A DNA stretch of 64,000 nt, from NCBI GenBank assembly GCA_009914755.4, contig CP068257.2, forward strand, positions 43,840,001 through 43,904,000, read 5' to 3'. The stretch comes from the human T2T-CHM13v2.0 reference genome, Homo sapiens. Below the pieces are notes generated by a model. It had not been told where the DNA came from. It searched no databases and was given only the letters and a program-made list of their open reading frames with translations. Below are positions 1 to 13,458 of the stretch, in pieces (the first letter of the stretch is position 1; every line of letters starts with the position of its first letter). Position numbers and translations under genes: made by a program.

Positions 1-330
1 GTCTGTGTGGTGTGTCTCTGTGTCTTGTGTGGTGTGTCTCTGTGGTGTGTCTGTCTTGTGTGTTGTGTGTGGATGTGTGTGTGTCTGTGTGGTGTGTCTG
101 TCTTGTGTGTTGTGTGTGTTGTATGTGTGTCTCTGGTGTGTCTGTCTTGTGTGTCGTGTGTGTCTGTGGTGTGTCTCTGTGTGTAGTGTGTCTCTGTGTG
201 TGGTGTGTCTCTGTGTGTGTGGTGTGTCTCTGTGGTGTGTCTGTCTTGTGTGTTGTGTCTGCATGTCTGCATGGTGCGTGTGTCTCTGTGTCTGTGTCTG
301 TGTGTTGTGTGGCGTGTGTGTTGGTGGGGT
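1..330. repeat. TG-rich simple/minisatellite repeat (GTGTGTCTCTGTG-like units)
   Basis: Direct inspection. Produces the spurious Cys/Val-rich ORF 5-1015. Confidence 0.85.
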
Positions 331-440
331 GTGTGGAATCACGTGGTACCCAAGGGGAGAATCCCCCAGCCCCAGGTGTGAGGAACAGCAGGGACTTCTC
401 ACTCAGGGGCCCAGATCACAACATGCCCCACGTGAACATG

Positions 441-790
441 GACCCACAGCCTCGCTCCTGGGGGCGTGGGCAGGAGACGCCGTGGACGTGGACCCACAGC
501 CTCGCTCCTGGGGGCGTGGGCAGGAGACGCCGTGGACGTGGACCCACAGCCTCGCTCCTGGGGGCGTGGGCAGGAGACGCCGTGGACGTGGACCCACAGC
601 CTCGCTCCTGGGGGCGTGGGCAGGAGACGCCGTGGACGTGGACCCACAGCCTCGCTCCTGGGGGCGTGGGCAGGAGACGCCGTGGACGTGGACCCACAGC
701 CTCGCTCCTGGGGGCGTGGGCAGGAGACGCCGTGGACGTGGACCCACAGCCTCGCTCCTGGCGGCGTGGGCAGGAGACACCGTGGCTGGA
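441..790. repeat. 50-bp tandem repeat, 7 copies (GACCCACAGCCTCGCTCCTGGGGGCGTGGGCAGGAGACGCCGTGGACGTG)
   Basis: Exact 50-nt periodicity from 441 onward. Confidence 0.9.
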
Positions 791-1457
791 CTGTGGGCAG
801 TGTGTGAACATCCATGTTACTTTCATGCTTTTTCTTTATTTTGCCCAATAAGCCCGTTGTTTTTGCCTGGAACATGCCAGAAGACGCCAGATCGTTCACA
901 TGGCGGCCATGACAAGGCTGCGCCCTGGGACAGCTTGCTGGGTGCGGGGGGTCGCCGAGGCGCCGCACCCCTCCCCTGGCCTGTCTTGCCCTCAGGGGTC
1001 AGTAGCGGTCCCTGAGGATGTTTCTCCTCCGGGTTTTCCTGAAGTTTAAAACATCCAGCCGCCTTGGCGCGTGTTCGGCCCAGCCGGGCGTGCGCTGGGG
1101 AAACCTGTGCGGGGAGCATCTGCGGTGCGGCCTCCTCCAGGGCAGGGCTCTGGCCAGAAGAGAGGAGCGCGTTCCCCCTCCCGCCTCCGCATGTCTGACC
1201 ACCGGCCGAGGCAGGTTCAGAAGCGTCACTGTCCTCGACCCGATTGGACACGACTTACTGAAGCTCAGATGGTGCCTGGGCAGGGAAGGCCAGCGTGCCC
1301 ACCCCAGCGGCCCCCCGGAGAGCACCAGAGAGGGCTGGACGAGGCGAGAGGGGGCCTGGAGGAGGCGAGAGCAGCGTCCTTTGCTTCCCAGGCCTGCCGG
1401 GCTCGGGGCCTGGCCTGGCTGCCATCTCTCCAGCCTTTCCCTTTTCAAACTCCTCAG

Positions 1458-1517
1458 GCATCCGGAGACTCTGGCAGCGGGCTCGGGGACGCCCGGGAGC
1501 TTCTCAGGGAGGAGACG
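1458..1517 (+). CDS. COL18A1: Candidate COL18A1 coding exon w1 (60 bp; ASGDSGSGLGDARELLREET), phase 0-0
   Basis: Acceptor ...ctttcccttttcaaactcctcag|GCATCC and strong donor GAGACG|gtgagtag. Frame joins w2 without a stop. The frame stays open further upstream (ORF 1071-1586), so the true 5' boundary could lie earlier. I do not recall this peptide from the protein. Confidence 0.45.
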
Positions 1518-2330
1518 GTGAGTAGCCGGACGGGGCCCAGCCCACGCTGCAGGGTCCCGGGAGAGCCCCTCCCAGCAGTGGGGTGACACGTGCACACGCA
1601 GGTGTGGCTCCAAGAGCTCCCTCTATGCCACGAAGACATATTCCTGGCTGGGGACAGGGATGCTGGGCTGGGCAGACGCTCGGAGCCTGGGCACAGGCCC
1701 CGCTCCGGCCCTGCCTGGCCGCCGCGTGTCTCTGGTGAGAGGATATTCCTTTAAAACGAGGTCCTGCCCTGCACACTCCTTGGTCTTCGAGGCAACCTTG
1801 GCCTTCCCTTCGCCCCATCCCTCCGTTAGCTCGTGCGTGGCCATCAGGGAATGAACGCGTGTGTGAGCCTGACGACCAGGAGGAGAAGGCGGCGCAGGGA
1901 GCGCGCGGAAGGCTTTCCCCAGCTCGGGCCACCTGAGAAAACACAGGAGGGGCGGGGAGTGGGGAGGCCCCAGCCGCGGGACTGAGGCGCGGTGCTGTCC
2001 GTGAGAGACGGGTGCGGGAACGTGTTCCCTGCGGGGACCCTCTGCAGATTCACATCAGCTTCCCAGCATGGCCTGTCGGGCGCCGGGAGGCCTCTGTGGT
2101 GACGGCAGGCGCGGTCCTGGGTCCTGGGGAGCCGGGGAGCCCACAGGCGGCCACACCCCTGCGGCCCACGGAAGGAAGCCCCTCGCGCACGGCCCTGGAG
2201 CACCCTCCTGTTTCAGAGGATTTTTCTTTATCTTTCTTGCGATCTTAAGTATTTCATTTCACAAACCAAGCAAGTCTCCACCGGGCATCTGCCGGCCGAA
2301 TAACAGGCCACCTCCCCTCTCGTCCTCCAG

Positions 2331-2460
2331 GGCGCGGCCCTAAAACCCAGGCTCCCCGCGCCACCCCCCGTCACCACGCCACCCTTGGCTGGAGGCAGCA
2401 GCACGGAAGATTCCAGAAGTGAAGAAGTCGAGGAGCAGACCACGGTGGCTTCGTTAGGAG
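2331..2460 (+). CDS. COL18A1: COL18A1 coding exon w2 ([43 protein letters not shown]), ends phase 1
   Basis: Polypyrimidine tract then AG at 2329-2330. An in-frame TAA at 2301 limits 5' extension. Donor GGAG|gtaagc at 2461. Joins w3 to give ...[12 protein letters not shown]... Confidence 0.75.
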
Positions 2461-2467
2461 GTAAGCT

Positions 2468-2897
2468 CTTTTCTGGATGTGGTGTGTGTGTGGTGTGGGG
2501 TGTGTGTGGTGTGTAACGTGTGTGTGTGTGATGGTGAGGTATGTGTGTGATGTAGGGTGTGTGTAGTGTGTGGTGTATATGGTACATGTGTGTGTGATAT
2601 GGCACGTGTTTGTGTGAAATATATGGCAGGTGTTTGATGTGTGGTGTGTGATGTGCATGTTTGTGACGTGTGATGTTTATGTGATGTGTATGTAGTGTGT
2701 ATGGTGCATGCATGTGGGCGTGTGTGTGTGCAGTGTGTGGTGTGTGTATTGTGTGTGGTGTGGTGTGTGTGTTGCGTGTAGTGTACGTGTGTGGTGTGCA
2801 GTGCATGTTGTGTTGTATGTGATGTGTAGTGTGCGTATTGTGTGTATGTGTGTGATGTGCATGTGTAATGTACATGTGTGTGATGTGTATTATGTGT

Positions 2898-2929
<32 letters not shown>

Positions 2930-2935
2930 GCAGGT
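2468..2935. repeat. TG-rich simple repeat ending in (GT)n
   Basis: gtgtgtg runs, with (gt)17 at about 2897-2930. Confidence 0.8.
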
Positions 2936-3360
2936 GGGGAGATGCCGAGGCCCGGATGGTGGCTCTGGGTACAGGCTCTGGGTGTTCACTGTGCTTCTCT
3001 TGCAGGATTTCTGTTGGTTTTCATTTTTATTTTAAGTAAAAGTTAAGAGGGAAAAAGGAAAAGGGACAAAGCATGCTGGGTGATAAGAAGGCATTCTGGG
3101 GGGCCAGGGTCTCTTGTAACAAATTCAGGAAGCATCTCCCAGGTTTCAGCTGTCATCGGCTTAGATGGCCACACCGGCCTCACTGTTGATTTTAAATTCT
3201 GTCTCCCTGTTGCCTTTGCCTGGGAGCTGGAGCTCAGGGGAGTGCGGCCTGAGGCTGGGGATCTGACAGTGTCCAGCCGGGCTCCAGGACTGAAAGCGTT
3301 TGGGCTGCCGGGGCCGTCTGGGGTGCCGAGAGCAGAGCTGGGGCCACCCGGGGGGCGTGA

Positions 3361-3498
<138 letters not shown>

Positions 3499-3727
3499 TG
3501 AACCAGAGCACCTGTGGCCTTTTGGGCCACTCACTGGTGAGCCCTGATGAAGCCCCTCTGTGCCCGTGCCTCCTTTGTGCCCAGCACTCGGTGCCAGCAT
3601 GCGTCCACCCTGCGTGTCCACTGTGGGAAGCAGCCCAGCCTGGGACTCTGGAGGGCGCAGCGGGACACGTGGGCAGGGTGTGTGGGGCCCCACCCCAGCC
3701 CGAGCCCTGTGTTCTGTTTATTCCCAG

Positions 3728-3943
3728 GGCGGCCTGAAGGGGCAGAAAGGGGAGCCAGGTGTTCCGGGCCCACCTGGCCGGGCAGGCCCCCCAGGATCCC
3801 CATGCCTACCTGGTCCCCCGGGTCTCCCGTGCCCAGTGAGTCCCCTGGGTCCTGCAGGCCCAGCGTTGCAAACTGTCCCCGGACCACAAGGACCCCCAGG
3901 GCCTCCGGGGAGGGACGGCACCCCTGGAAGGGACGGCGAGCCG
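3728..3943 (+). CDS. COL18A1: COL18A1 collagenous exon w4 (216 bp; [72 protein letters not shown])
   Basis: ttcccag|GGCGGC acceptor and GAGCCG|gtgagt donor. Gly-X-Y repeats with an internal non-triplet interruption ([17 protein letters not shown]). Confidence 0.88.
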
Positions 3944-4304
3944 GTGAGTCCTCACGTCCCCCCGAGTCCGGCCCGGTCTGGAGGGTGGGGGCTTGGGTAG
4001 GAGGGGGAGAGGCTGCGGCCGACATGGGAGTGAGCTGAGCTGGGATCGGGGCAGGTCAGCAGCCTCCTTAGGCCCACCGTTGCTCGGGGTTGGTGCTGGA
4101 AGGTGGTCAGACGTGGGAGGCGGAGCTGCTCAGACACAGCCCTTGTGGGTGTGAGGAGGCTCCTGGCGCGGGTGCGAGGACATCGGGGGAAGGCGTCTGC
4201 CGCCTCGTGGGGACTTGGAGCGTGGGGTGCATTTCCACGTAGACACTGTAGGTGGCGCCGGAGGAGTCATTTCCCATCACTAATGGCTTCTCTTGCACAC
4301 CCAG

Positions 4305-4331
4305 GGCGACCCCGGTGAAGACGGAAAGCCG
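4305..4331 (+). CDS. COL18A1: COL18A1 collagenous exon w5 (27 bp; GDPGEDGKP)
   Basis: cacccag|GGCGAC and AAGCCG|gtgagt. 9-bp-multiple Gly-X-Y exon, phase 0. Confidence 0.88.
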
Positions 4332-5039
4332 GTGAGTCTGCTTTTCTTTCTGACCCCTGTGTTATCTGTGATGTTTGCTTAGACCCCAGGGCTTTGTTGC
4401 CAGTGACACTCTTTTTAAACGCGACCCAGTGAGGAGACTGTACAGCAAAACCATTTTGAAAGTGGAATTTTGTAAAGAAAAGATGAGTGTAACTGTTGAT
4501 GGGAAATAGCAGTTATGCATTTGTGTTGAGACATTTGGGCCACAACTACCATGAAGAAGGAAAGGAAGTGAGAAAAGGCAGAGCTTCCAAACCCTTAGAG
4601 GGAAGACGCACAGCAAAGAAAAAGGAAGTCGGGCGGGGCAGGGGGTGGTGCAAGTCGGCGGGGGAGGGAAGCACGGGGCGACCTGAGACTCTGTGAAGTC
4701 CGAGCTTCGTCGCAAAACACGCAGTTCAGTCTTTAAAAATCAGCAAACACCGTTTCCAAGCACAGTAATGACGTGATCGACTGCGAATAAAGACCTGGGA
4801 ACAGCCTGCCCAGCAAATGGTAACACTCGGCAGAAAGTGGGGCCGTCACGAACGCTGGACAGGAGGGTTCAAGTTAAAAACAGTCTAGAAGGTCTGAAAG
4901 GACAGGGAGGGCATCTCATGGTGCCCACCGAACGGTCATTACCGACCGCCTGGCACCCCACAGCCAAGCTGCCTGCGATGAGGACCACGGCAGACAAAGG
5001 ACAGTCGGCTGGGGGGCGGCACGGGGCCCACCCACTGCA

Positions 5040-5600
5040 ACAGGGTACACGCACGCGTGTGTGTGAGTGTGGGGTGATGATCCACGGGGCCCACCCACAG
5101 GGCACACACACGTGTGTATGTATGTGCATGTTTGAGTGTGTGAATGTGTGACTGCGCGTGTGTGTGGGGGTGAGGATCCACATGTACACATACCACACAT
5201 GCACACACAGCACATATCACACACCACACATTACACACCACACGTGGACACATGCACACACATTACACACGTGTGCACACACCACACATTACACCACACG
5301 TGGATACACTTGCATACACACACTACACACACGTGTGTGCGCACACACCACAGGTGGACGCATGCACACATGCTACACGCACGTGCACACATCACACGTG
5401 GACACATGCACACACACCACACATTACACATACCACACGTGGATACACACATACACATACCACGTGTGCACACATGTGCACACCATGGATTATGCACACC
5501 ATACATGCACATTCACACATCACACATACATATCACACATGTACACACCACACTCCTCACACACACACCATGCATACCACACACACACACACGTATGTAA
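5040..5600. repeat. CA-rich low-complexity repeat
   Basis: cacacatgcacacac-type units. Yields spurious His/Thr-rich ORFs. Confidence 0.8.
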
Positions 5601-5812
5601 CACCCAAGCACCAGCTGTTGTGGAGGCCTTCGGGGAACCTGCTGTGACCTCCCGAGGGATGCTGCCCGCAGCTTCCCCCAGGCGTGGCTGGCGAAATGGG
5701 CTCAGGCGGGAGACAGTCTGCTGGGCCTGGCGCCCTCCTACTTTCCGGGCCCCAGAGACTCCCCTGAAGGGCTCAGCTCCCGTCCGTCCCCTGCTTGGGG
5801 GAGGAGCACTGA

Positions 5813-6244
<432 letters not shown>

Positions 6245-6439
6245 TGAGCTGAGGGGTCACAGGTGTGGTGGGAACCCCCATCCACCTGCCTTCAGGCTTC
6301 TCTGGGGGCAGCAGAGGGGCCGTGGTTTCTCAGCTCCTTGTAGAAACAGCTCGATATGCAGCTTGCGGGGCAGGGGCCAGGAGTAGGCCAGGCGGGGGGC
6401 CGAGCTCAGGGCAACGTGTCTCTCCGGCTCTTTTCCTCA

Positions 6440-6493
6440 GACCTTCATTGACATGGAGGGATCTGGCTTCGGGGGCGATCTGGAGGCCCTGCG
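6440..6493 (+). CDS. COL18A1: COL18A1 non-collagenous interruption exon w8 (54 bp; TFIDMEGSGFGGDLEALR)
   Basis: ttttcctcag|ACCTTC and CTGCGG|gtgagt. Continuous frame with w7 and w9. Confidence 0.88.
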
Positions 6494-6673
6494 GGTGAGT
6501 GGCCCTTAAACTGCAGCGCTGCCCGATGTCTGTGCCCATGAGGAACAGGCCATGGACCCCCAAGATTCAGCTGGGGTCCTGTGGGGGGTGGGGATGAGGC
6601 CCGTTTTGGGGGTGGTGGTCATCCCTGGTGGGTGCCACATGGGCTGTGACTATCTGTGTTCGCCCACGTCCAG

Positions 6674-6832
6674 GGTCCTCGAGGCTTCCCTGGACCTCCC
6701 GGACCCCCCGGTGTCCCAGGCCTGCCCGGCGAGCCAGGCCGCTTTGGGGTGAACAGCTCCGACGTCCCAGGACCCGCCGGCCTTCCTGGTGTGCCTGGGC
6801 GCGAGGGTCCCCCCGGGTTTCCTGGCCTCCCG
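6674..6832 (+). CDS. COL18A1: COL18A1 collagenous exon w9 (159 bp; [53 protein letters not shown])
   Basis: cacgtccag|GGTCCT and CTCCCG|gtaagt. Confidence 0.9.
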
Positions 6833-7867
6833 GTAAGTCCTGCCTCCACCGTCAGTGTCGGGAGCCCTGTCTGCTGGGAGTGAGGGGTGAACACCCCACA
6901 TGGGAGCCCCTGCCCTGCCTCAGGCCTCCCCAGTCCCCGCCTCCTCACCTCATCTCCTCTAGGAGCTGGCGGGCAGTTGCTGACTCGGGGCCGCCCTGGG
7001 GTGTGCGGAAGCACCTGAGTGGCCACCCCATGGTTCTAGGGGTGCTGACCAGTGGGGGTGACTGCAAGCAAGGCCTCCGACCTCTCTGGCCCTGTGGGTC
7101 CACGGACTGCACAGAGAGCGTCTCCATGAGCAATTCCCATGGGTGGGTGTGGGAGGGCCGAGGTCAGCATTGCTGGAGGGCCAGGGGAGGGAGGAGCCTG
7201 CTTGGCCAACGCGGCTCGTAGGGTCTCAGGTCCCCACGGCAGGCTCCCCACCAGCTCTGCCACACATGACGGGCAGCAGGTCATGACTGGCAGCAGGTGC
7301 CTGCCCCACCAGCTGTGCCACACATGATGGGCAGCAGGTCATGATGGGCAGCAGGTGCAGACGTGGCTGCTGTAATTGGGTCATGCTGCACTGGCATCCC
7401 GTGGCCTGGGGTCACTCGGTAGCATGCCATGACGTGCAGGGCAGGGAGTGTGGGGTTAGGTCACCCATGACATGCCCCTGCCTCCGTAACAGTCCCTACC
7501 TGAGCCAGCCAACCCTACCGATGGGCGTTCGCCGTCACCATCGGCTCTGAGGCCTCTCTGGGTGCCGCATGGCAAGTGCTCCCCAGGATCCATTCTGAGG
7601 GGAATTTGGGCTTAAAGAACATGCCTAATCCATATTCACGCATGTGGCCAGACTGCCTCTCAGAGGGAGCAGCGGCTACCCCAGCCCTGGTGTGCAAGCA
7701 TCTTCCCGCCGTGGTGCTGTCGGCTCTGCCATCTCATCCTGCCAATGTGGCCGCGAAACTGCGGGCTACGCAGGCTGTGGGGTCTCCCGTGAGCCCTGGG
7801 ACTCTGGCCCTGTGTCTGGGGAACGTTCTGTGTCCTGCCTTCTGGAAACCTGCGGAAGCCCAGATAA

Positions 7868-8023
<156 letters not shown>

Positions 8024-8768
8024 TGAGTGGGACCCAGCACCACACCATGTGGCCCGGGTCCGGGGGTGCCTGGTGACGCCCGTGAAGGGGAAATGCCAGG
8101 AATAGCCCCCCATCACAGCCCCACAGCCTGGGGCCTCGCGCTCTGGAGGTCACCCTGACCTGGGCGGCTGGGGCTTGGGTAGAAATTCATAACCCTGTGA
8201 TGATGAGTGGACTCACGGGTTTTAAGAACATGGGCACCCCGCGAGATCTGAGATCTTACTCCAAGCTTCCACGTTGGTTACGGGGCAGTGGCCATGAGCC
8301 TCTGTCGGACTGACGCAAGGAGCCGGGGCCCCGGGCGTTTGTGGGTGGACCTGGCGGGAGTCGCCTGCGTCTGGCCCCCTGGGGAGCGGTCTCCAGCATG
8401 ACCTCAGATGAGAGCTGCACTGCTTTGGACTGAGCAGGGAACGCGGGCTATAAATGCCCCTCACTGCTCTAAGCCTGTGGCTGAGCTGAAGGGCCCTTCT
8501 TGGGGAGGCATCCAGGCCCCAGGCCCCACGTGTAGCCAGGTCCAGCATTGGGACCAGGCTTGGCGTCCCTTGTGGCTTCCCTTTCAGGACCCCAACCACA
8601 CCAGAAAGGGGGGATGACAGCGGCAACAGCCTCAGAAACTATTAAACCGGCACAGGCAGCAAAGCAGGGACCCGGGTCGGGGCACAGTTCCTGGCAGGGC
8701 GATGTGCCTTCCTCTGTCCACTGTGCTGCAAGTCTGATTTTGTCATAATCCTGCTCTTTTCCGTACAG

Positions 8769-8795
8769 GGTGAAGCAGGCGCCCCAGGACATAAG
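8769..8795 (+). CDS. COL18A1: COL18A1 collagenous exon w11 (27 bp; GEAGAPGHK)
   Basis: ttttccgtacag|GGTGAA and CATAAG|gtacaa. Confidence 0.85.
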
Positions 8796-9829
8796 GTACA
8801 AGCAGAATCCCTGGCACATCAGTCCCCTGCCCCTGGTGCCCACTCAGTGCTCGGACCCCCAAAGAGGGTGGCAGCCCCACGGTCGAGAGAGTGAGCTCTC
8901 TTGGGGCTGGCCTTGACCCCCACTCCTGCCATCTGTCCATCCGTCCTGCCGGAATCGCGGGCAGCAGCCTCTGTCACTCTGGCGAGGTGGCTTCGGCCCT
9001 TGTCACTTTTGTGATGTGGCTTCCGCCGAGCTCTGGTCTGCCGGTGAACTGAGAGTAGACGCGCCCTGGAAGCTGAGCTCGTCTGGAAACAAGCTCCGTG
9101 TGGCAAGCGCGATAAAGCAGCTCCAGGAGCTTTGGGAGGAGGGGCTGGGCCACAGCAGGTGGAGAGGCTGCCCGTGGCCTGGGGAGGGCCCTGAGCTGGG
9201 CCCCCCAACATCCCCCCATAGGGGAGCCCCATCCACCCGTCCCGCAGGCTCATGAGCATCTGGGGGCACTCGGAAGGAGCGCTGAAGGCAGCCCGGGTGT
9301 CCTTGGCGGCCCTGGCCTGGCCCAGAGTCTGCTCAGACCCTCTGGACTCAGGGCAGCTGCTCTCCATGGACCCAGCCTTCCTTCGGGCAGCCTGAGGTCT
9401 GGGCCACAGCCTGCTTGACCAGACAATTTATCTGACACCCCCCCAACGACCCACTTCCTCCTTCTGTTCTGTGGAAATTGAGCTGGAGGAGGAGCTAGAA
9501 CCCTGCAGAGGAGGGGCTGGGAGCCGGGTCTGGGCCTCCAGTCAGCATCTGTGCCGACCCCACCACAGACGCCCCCGGAGGTGCCCTCGAGGATCCAGGC
9601 TTCCGTGGGCCGCCCACTCGAATCATGTCCAAAACGTCAGGAGCTCCTCACCTTGGGCTGGACGGGGTTGGCACTAACGGGGAACTTTCCCCAGAACATG
9701 GCCAAGCTCCAGGATGGGGGTGATGAGGGAAGGAAGGCCAGTGGGGAGAGGAGTGAGGAAGAGGACAGCTGCGAGTCAGGTGGTGAGAGCACTTGGAGGG
9801 GCTGAGAGGACATGGGCTGGGAGTGAATG

Positions 9830-10760
9830 CATGTGCACATATACACACACACCTCTCCAGCATATGTACACATGCACACACACACCTCTCCAGCATATGT
9901 ACACATGCACACACACCTCTCCAGCATATGTACACATGCACACACACACCTCTCCAGCATATGTACACATGCACACACCTCTCCAGCATATGTACACATG
10001 CACACACCTCTCCAGCATATGTACACATGCACATACACACCTCTCCAGCATATGTACACACACACACACCTCTCCAGCATATGTACACACACACACACCT
10101 CTCCAGCATATGTGCACACGCACACACACCTCTCCAGCGTATGTACACACACACCTCTCCAGCATATGTACGCGCGCACACACCTCTCCAGCATATGTGC
10201 ACACACACACATAGGCACACACATCTCCAGCATATGTGCACACACACCTCTCCAGCATATGTGCACACACACACATAGGCACACACATCTCCAGCATATG
10301 TGCACACACACCTCCAGCATACATGCACACACATGCACACACACATCTCCAGCATATGTGCGCACACACATACACACACACACATCTCCAGCATGTGTGT
10401 ACACACACACACCTCTCCAGCATATGTGAGCACACACACACCTCTCCAGCATGTGTGCACACACATGCACGCCTCTCCAGCATATGTGCACACACACACA
10501 CGCACCTCTCCAGCATATGTGCACATACACATAGCCAGCACATGTGCACACAGCTCTCATGTATGTGCACGTGTATCTCTAGCATACATGCACACATGTA
10601 TCTGGTGTATATGTGCAACACATACATGTATCTGGGGCATGTGCACACGCATCTCTTATGTGCACATACACATGTATCTAGGTATGTGCCCACGTTTTTC
10701 TAGCACACATGCACACACATCTCTCTAGCATATGTACACACACATGTATTTGTAGTGTGT
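9830..10760. repeat. Minisatellite of about 30-bp units (CACACACCTCTCCAGCATATGTACACATG) within a CA-rich array
   Basis: Repeated ctctccagcatatgt[ag]cacac motifs. Confidence 0.85.
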
Positions 10761-10965
10761 GTGCACATCTGTGTCTCTAGTATGTGTGCATACACGTACA
10801 CATGTAGGCTTTGAGTTAAGCAGGGGAGGAATATTTTGATCAACTTTAAAATCAGCAAAATTAGATATGCATGTATGAAAATAATGAAAGTTTTAAAAAA
10901 ACAAAAATGTCAAGTAACATGAATGAGAATTCTAGAACCCTACAACCTAATTGTAAACCAAATAG

Positions 10966-11326
<361 letters not shown>

Positions 11327-11358
11327 TAGGCACTTTTTAAAGATCAAAAATTAGATGA

Positions 11359-11520
11359 GGCTGGACACGATGGCTCACACCTGTAATCCCAGCACTTTGG
11401 GAGGCTGAGGTGGGAGGATTATTTGAGTCCAGGAGTTCAAGGCTATAGTAAGCTACAATCATGCCACTGTGCTCTAGCCTGGGCAACAGAGCGAGACCCT
11501 GTGTCCAAAAAGAAAAAAAA
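11359..11520 (+). mobile_element. Alu-derived element with internal deletion (about 160 bp) and A-tail
   Basis: GGCTGGACACGATGGCTCACACCTGTAATCCCAGCACTTTGGGAGGCTGAGG...CCTGGGCAACAGAGCGAGACCCTGTGTCCAAAAAGAAAAAAAA. Confidence 0.75.
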
Positions 11521-12220
11521 TTAGATTTTTAAAGACGATAAAAGGATGCCAGGCACTAAGACAGATTAAAGCCAAGAAAGTAAAATCTAAGATTCTCATG
11601 AAGTTAGCCCTCAAGTTAAGTGGGTGGTACATGGTGCCCACCTGTTAAGACCCAGCGTAGCTGTTGGAGGGTGGCTGCAGTGGAGACCCAGCCCTAGAAG
11701 GGAGGAGACAGGAGGCAGTCGAGGATCACCTTGGCGGGTGGAGGGCGGGGAAAGCTCTGGCTTGGAGGCCCAGCCCCTGTGGGGGACATGGGAAGCAGGA
11801 AGGACCCTTCCCCACAGAGGGGGTTTCCTTCCTCCAGCTGGGCCTGTGACCATATCAAGGCAGCGGGTCACATTCCTGCCCCATTTGTGGACAGTGCTGG
11901 GCTCACACTATCTCATTCCGCTCTGTCCCGAGCCTGGGAAGGAACCCTGGGCCTCTCCGTCTACAGCCACGGAAACCGAGGCTCAGGGAGCTTGTGGCTG
12001 CGAGGAGAGGGGTGGTGCAGCTGGGCCACGTCACAGCGGGACCCCTGCCTCAGGGCCTCCCTCCCTCACGCCCCCCACACCGGGCTCTCACCTCACACTC
12101 CAGGTGGCTGGGGCCTTGGGTCACCGATGGCTCCAGCACATGCCTCCGGGCTCGCCTGCTTCTCACGGCTTTCGGACTAATAGAGTCACCGCAATGCCTG
12201 TGTCTACCCTAGCCCCAGTG

Positions 12221-12497
12221 GTCCCAGGGTCCTGAGCCTCCTCTCCTCTCTCCTCTCTTCTCCCCTTGCCTGCCGGGGAGCCAGGGCTGGTCCCAGGGTC
12301 CTGAGCCTCCTCTCCTCTCTCCTCTCTTCTCCCCTCGCCTCCCGGGGAGCCAGGGCTGGTCCCAGGGTCCTGAGCCTCCTCTCCTCTCTCCTCTCTTCTC
12401 CCCTCGCCTCCCGGGGAGCCAGGGCTGGTCCCAGGGTCCTGAGCCTCCTCTCCTCTCTCCTCTCTTCTCCCCTCGCCTGCCCGGGAGCCAGGGCTGG
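12221..12497. repeat. 69-bp tandem repeat, 4 copies (GTCCCAGGGTCCTGAGCCTCCTCTCCTCTCTCCTCTCTTCTCCCCTCGCCTCCCGGGGAGCCAGGGCTG)
   Basis: Unit starts at 12221, 12290, 12359 and 12428. Confidence 0.9.
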
Positions 12498-12722
12498 AGG
12501 TAACGAGGGTGCCGTGTGCACCTCCCGCTGTGCATGTGGGCCTCCCCCTGTGCATGTGGGCCCAACCCCGACCAAGTTCGGGCTCCGTGGCTCTCTCCTC
12601 AGTTGTGTTTCTGTGTGGCTGAAATCGTGTCGTAAAGTTAGAAGAAAGGCTGTTGTGGGGCCTGCGTTGCTTGGCAGAATGTTCCTTACCTTTTGATTTG
12701 CAGGGTTTAGAAAGCATCATAA

Positions 12723-12950
<228 letters not shown>

Positions 12951-13344
12951 TGACCCCCTGGAGAGCCGGGGGCTGCCGTTGCCCCGGCCCTACTACCCCT
13001 GGCATCTCACTCACAGAGCAGCACGTCCTGGGCGGTGGCCTTGCTGGCACTGCCTCATCCTGGGATTCCATATTCCGCATGGTGGGGCTCGAGTCTCTCG
13101 CCCGTCGCCCGTGCCCCACGGTGCTGATGGGGATCTTGGCCCAGCCATGCCCCAGCACCCGTGCCCTGACCAAGAGCGAATGAGCTGACCCGAGACGGGC
13201 TGCCCCGGGGGGGCTCCACCCAGGCCCTGCCACCAGGTAGACAGTCCCCATCTGAGAACGGCGGCTCCCCAGGCCACCGTGGCCCCAAAGCATGTCCCAC
13301 CCTCCTCTCGGGTAGTGCCACCCCAGGGAGGGGTCCTTCCCTAA

Positions 13345-13458
<114 letters not shown>

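Noticed and set aside
5-1015. 336-aa Cys/Val-rich ORF and the overlapping ORFs at 12-851 and 399-968
   Set aside because: These are translations of the TG-rich repeat and the 50-bp tandem repeat. They have periodic sequence and no exon structure.
9637-10728. Family of about 300-aa Cys-rich ORFs on both strands
   Set aside because: They arise from the ~30-bp CACACCTCTCCAGCATATGTACACATG minisatellite and share its periodicity.
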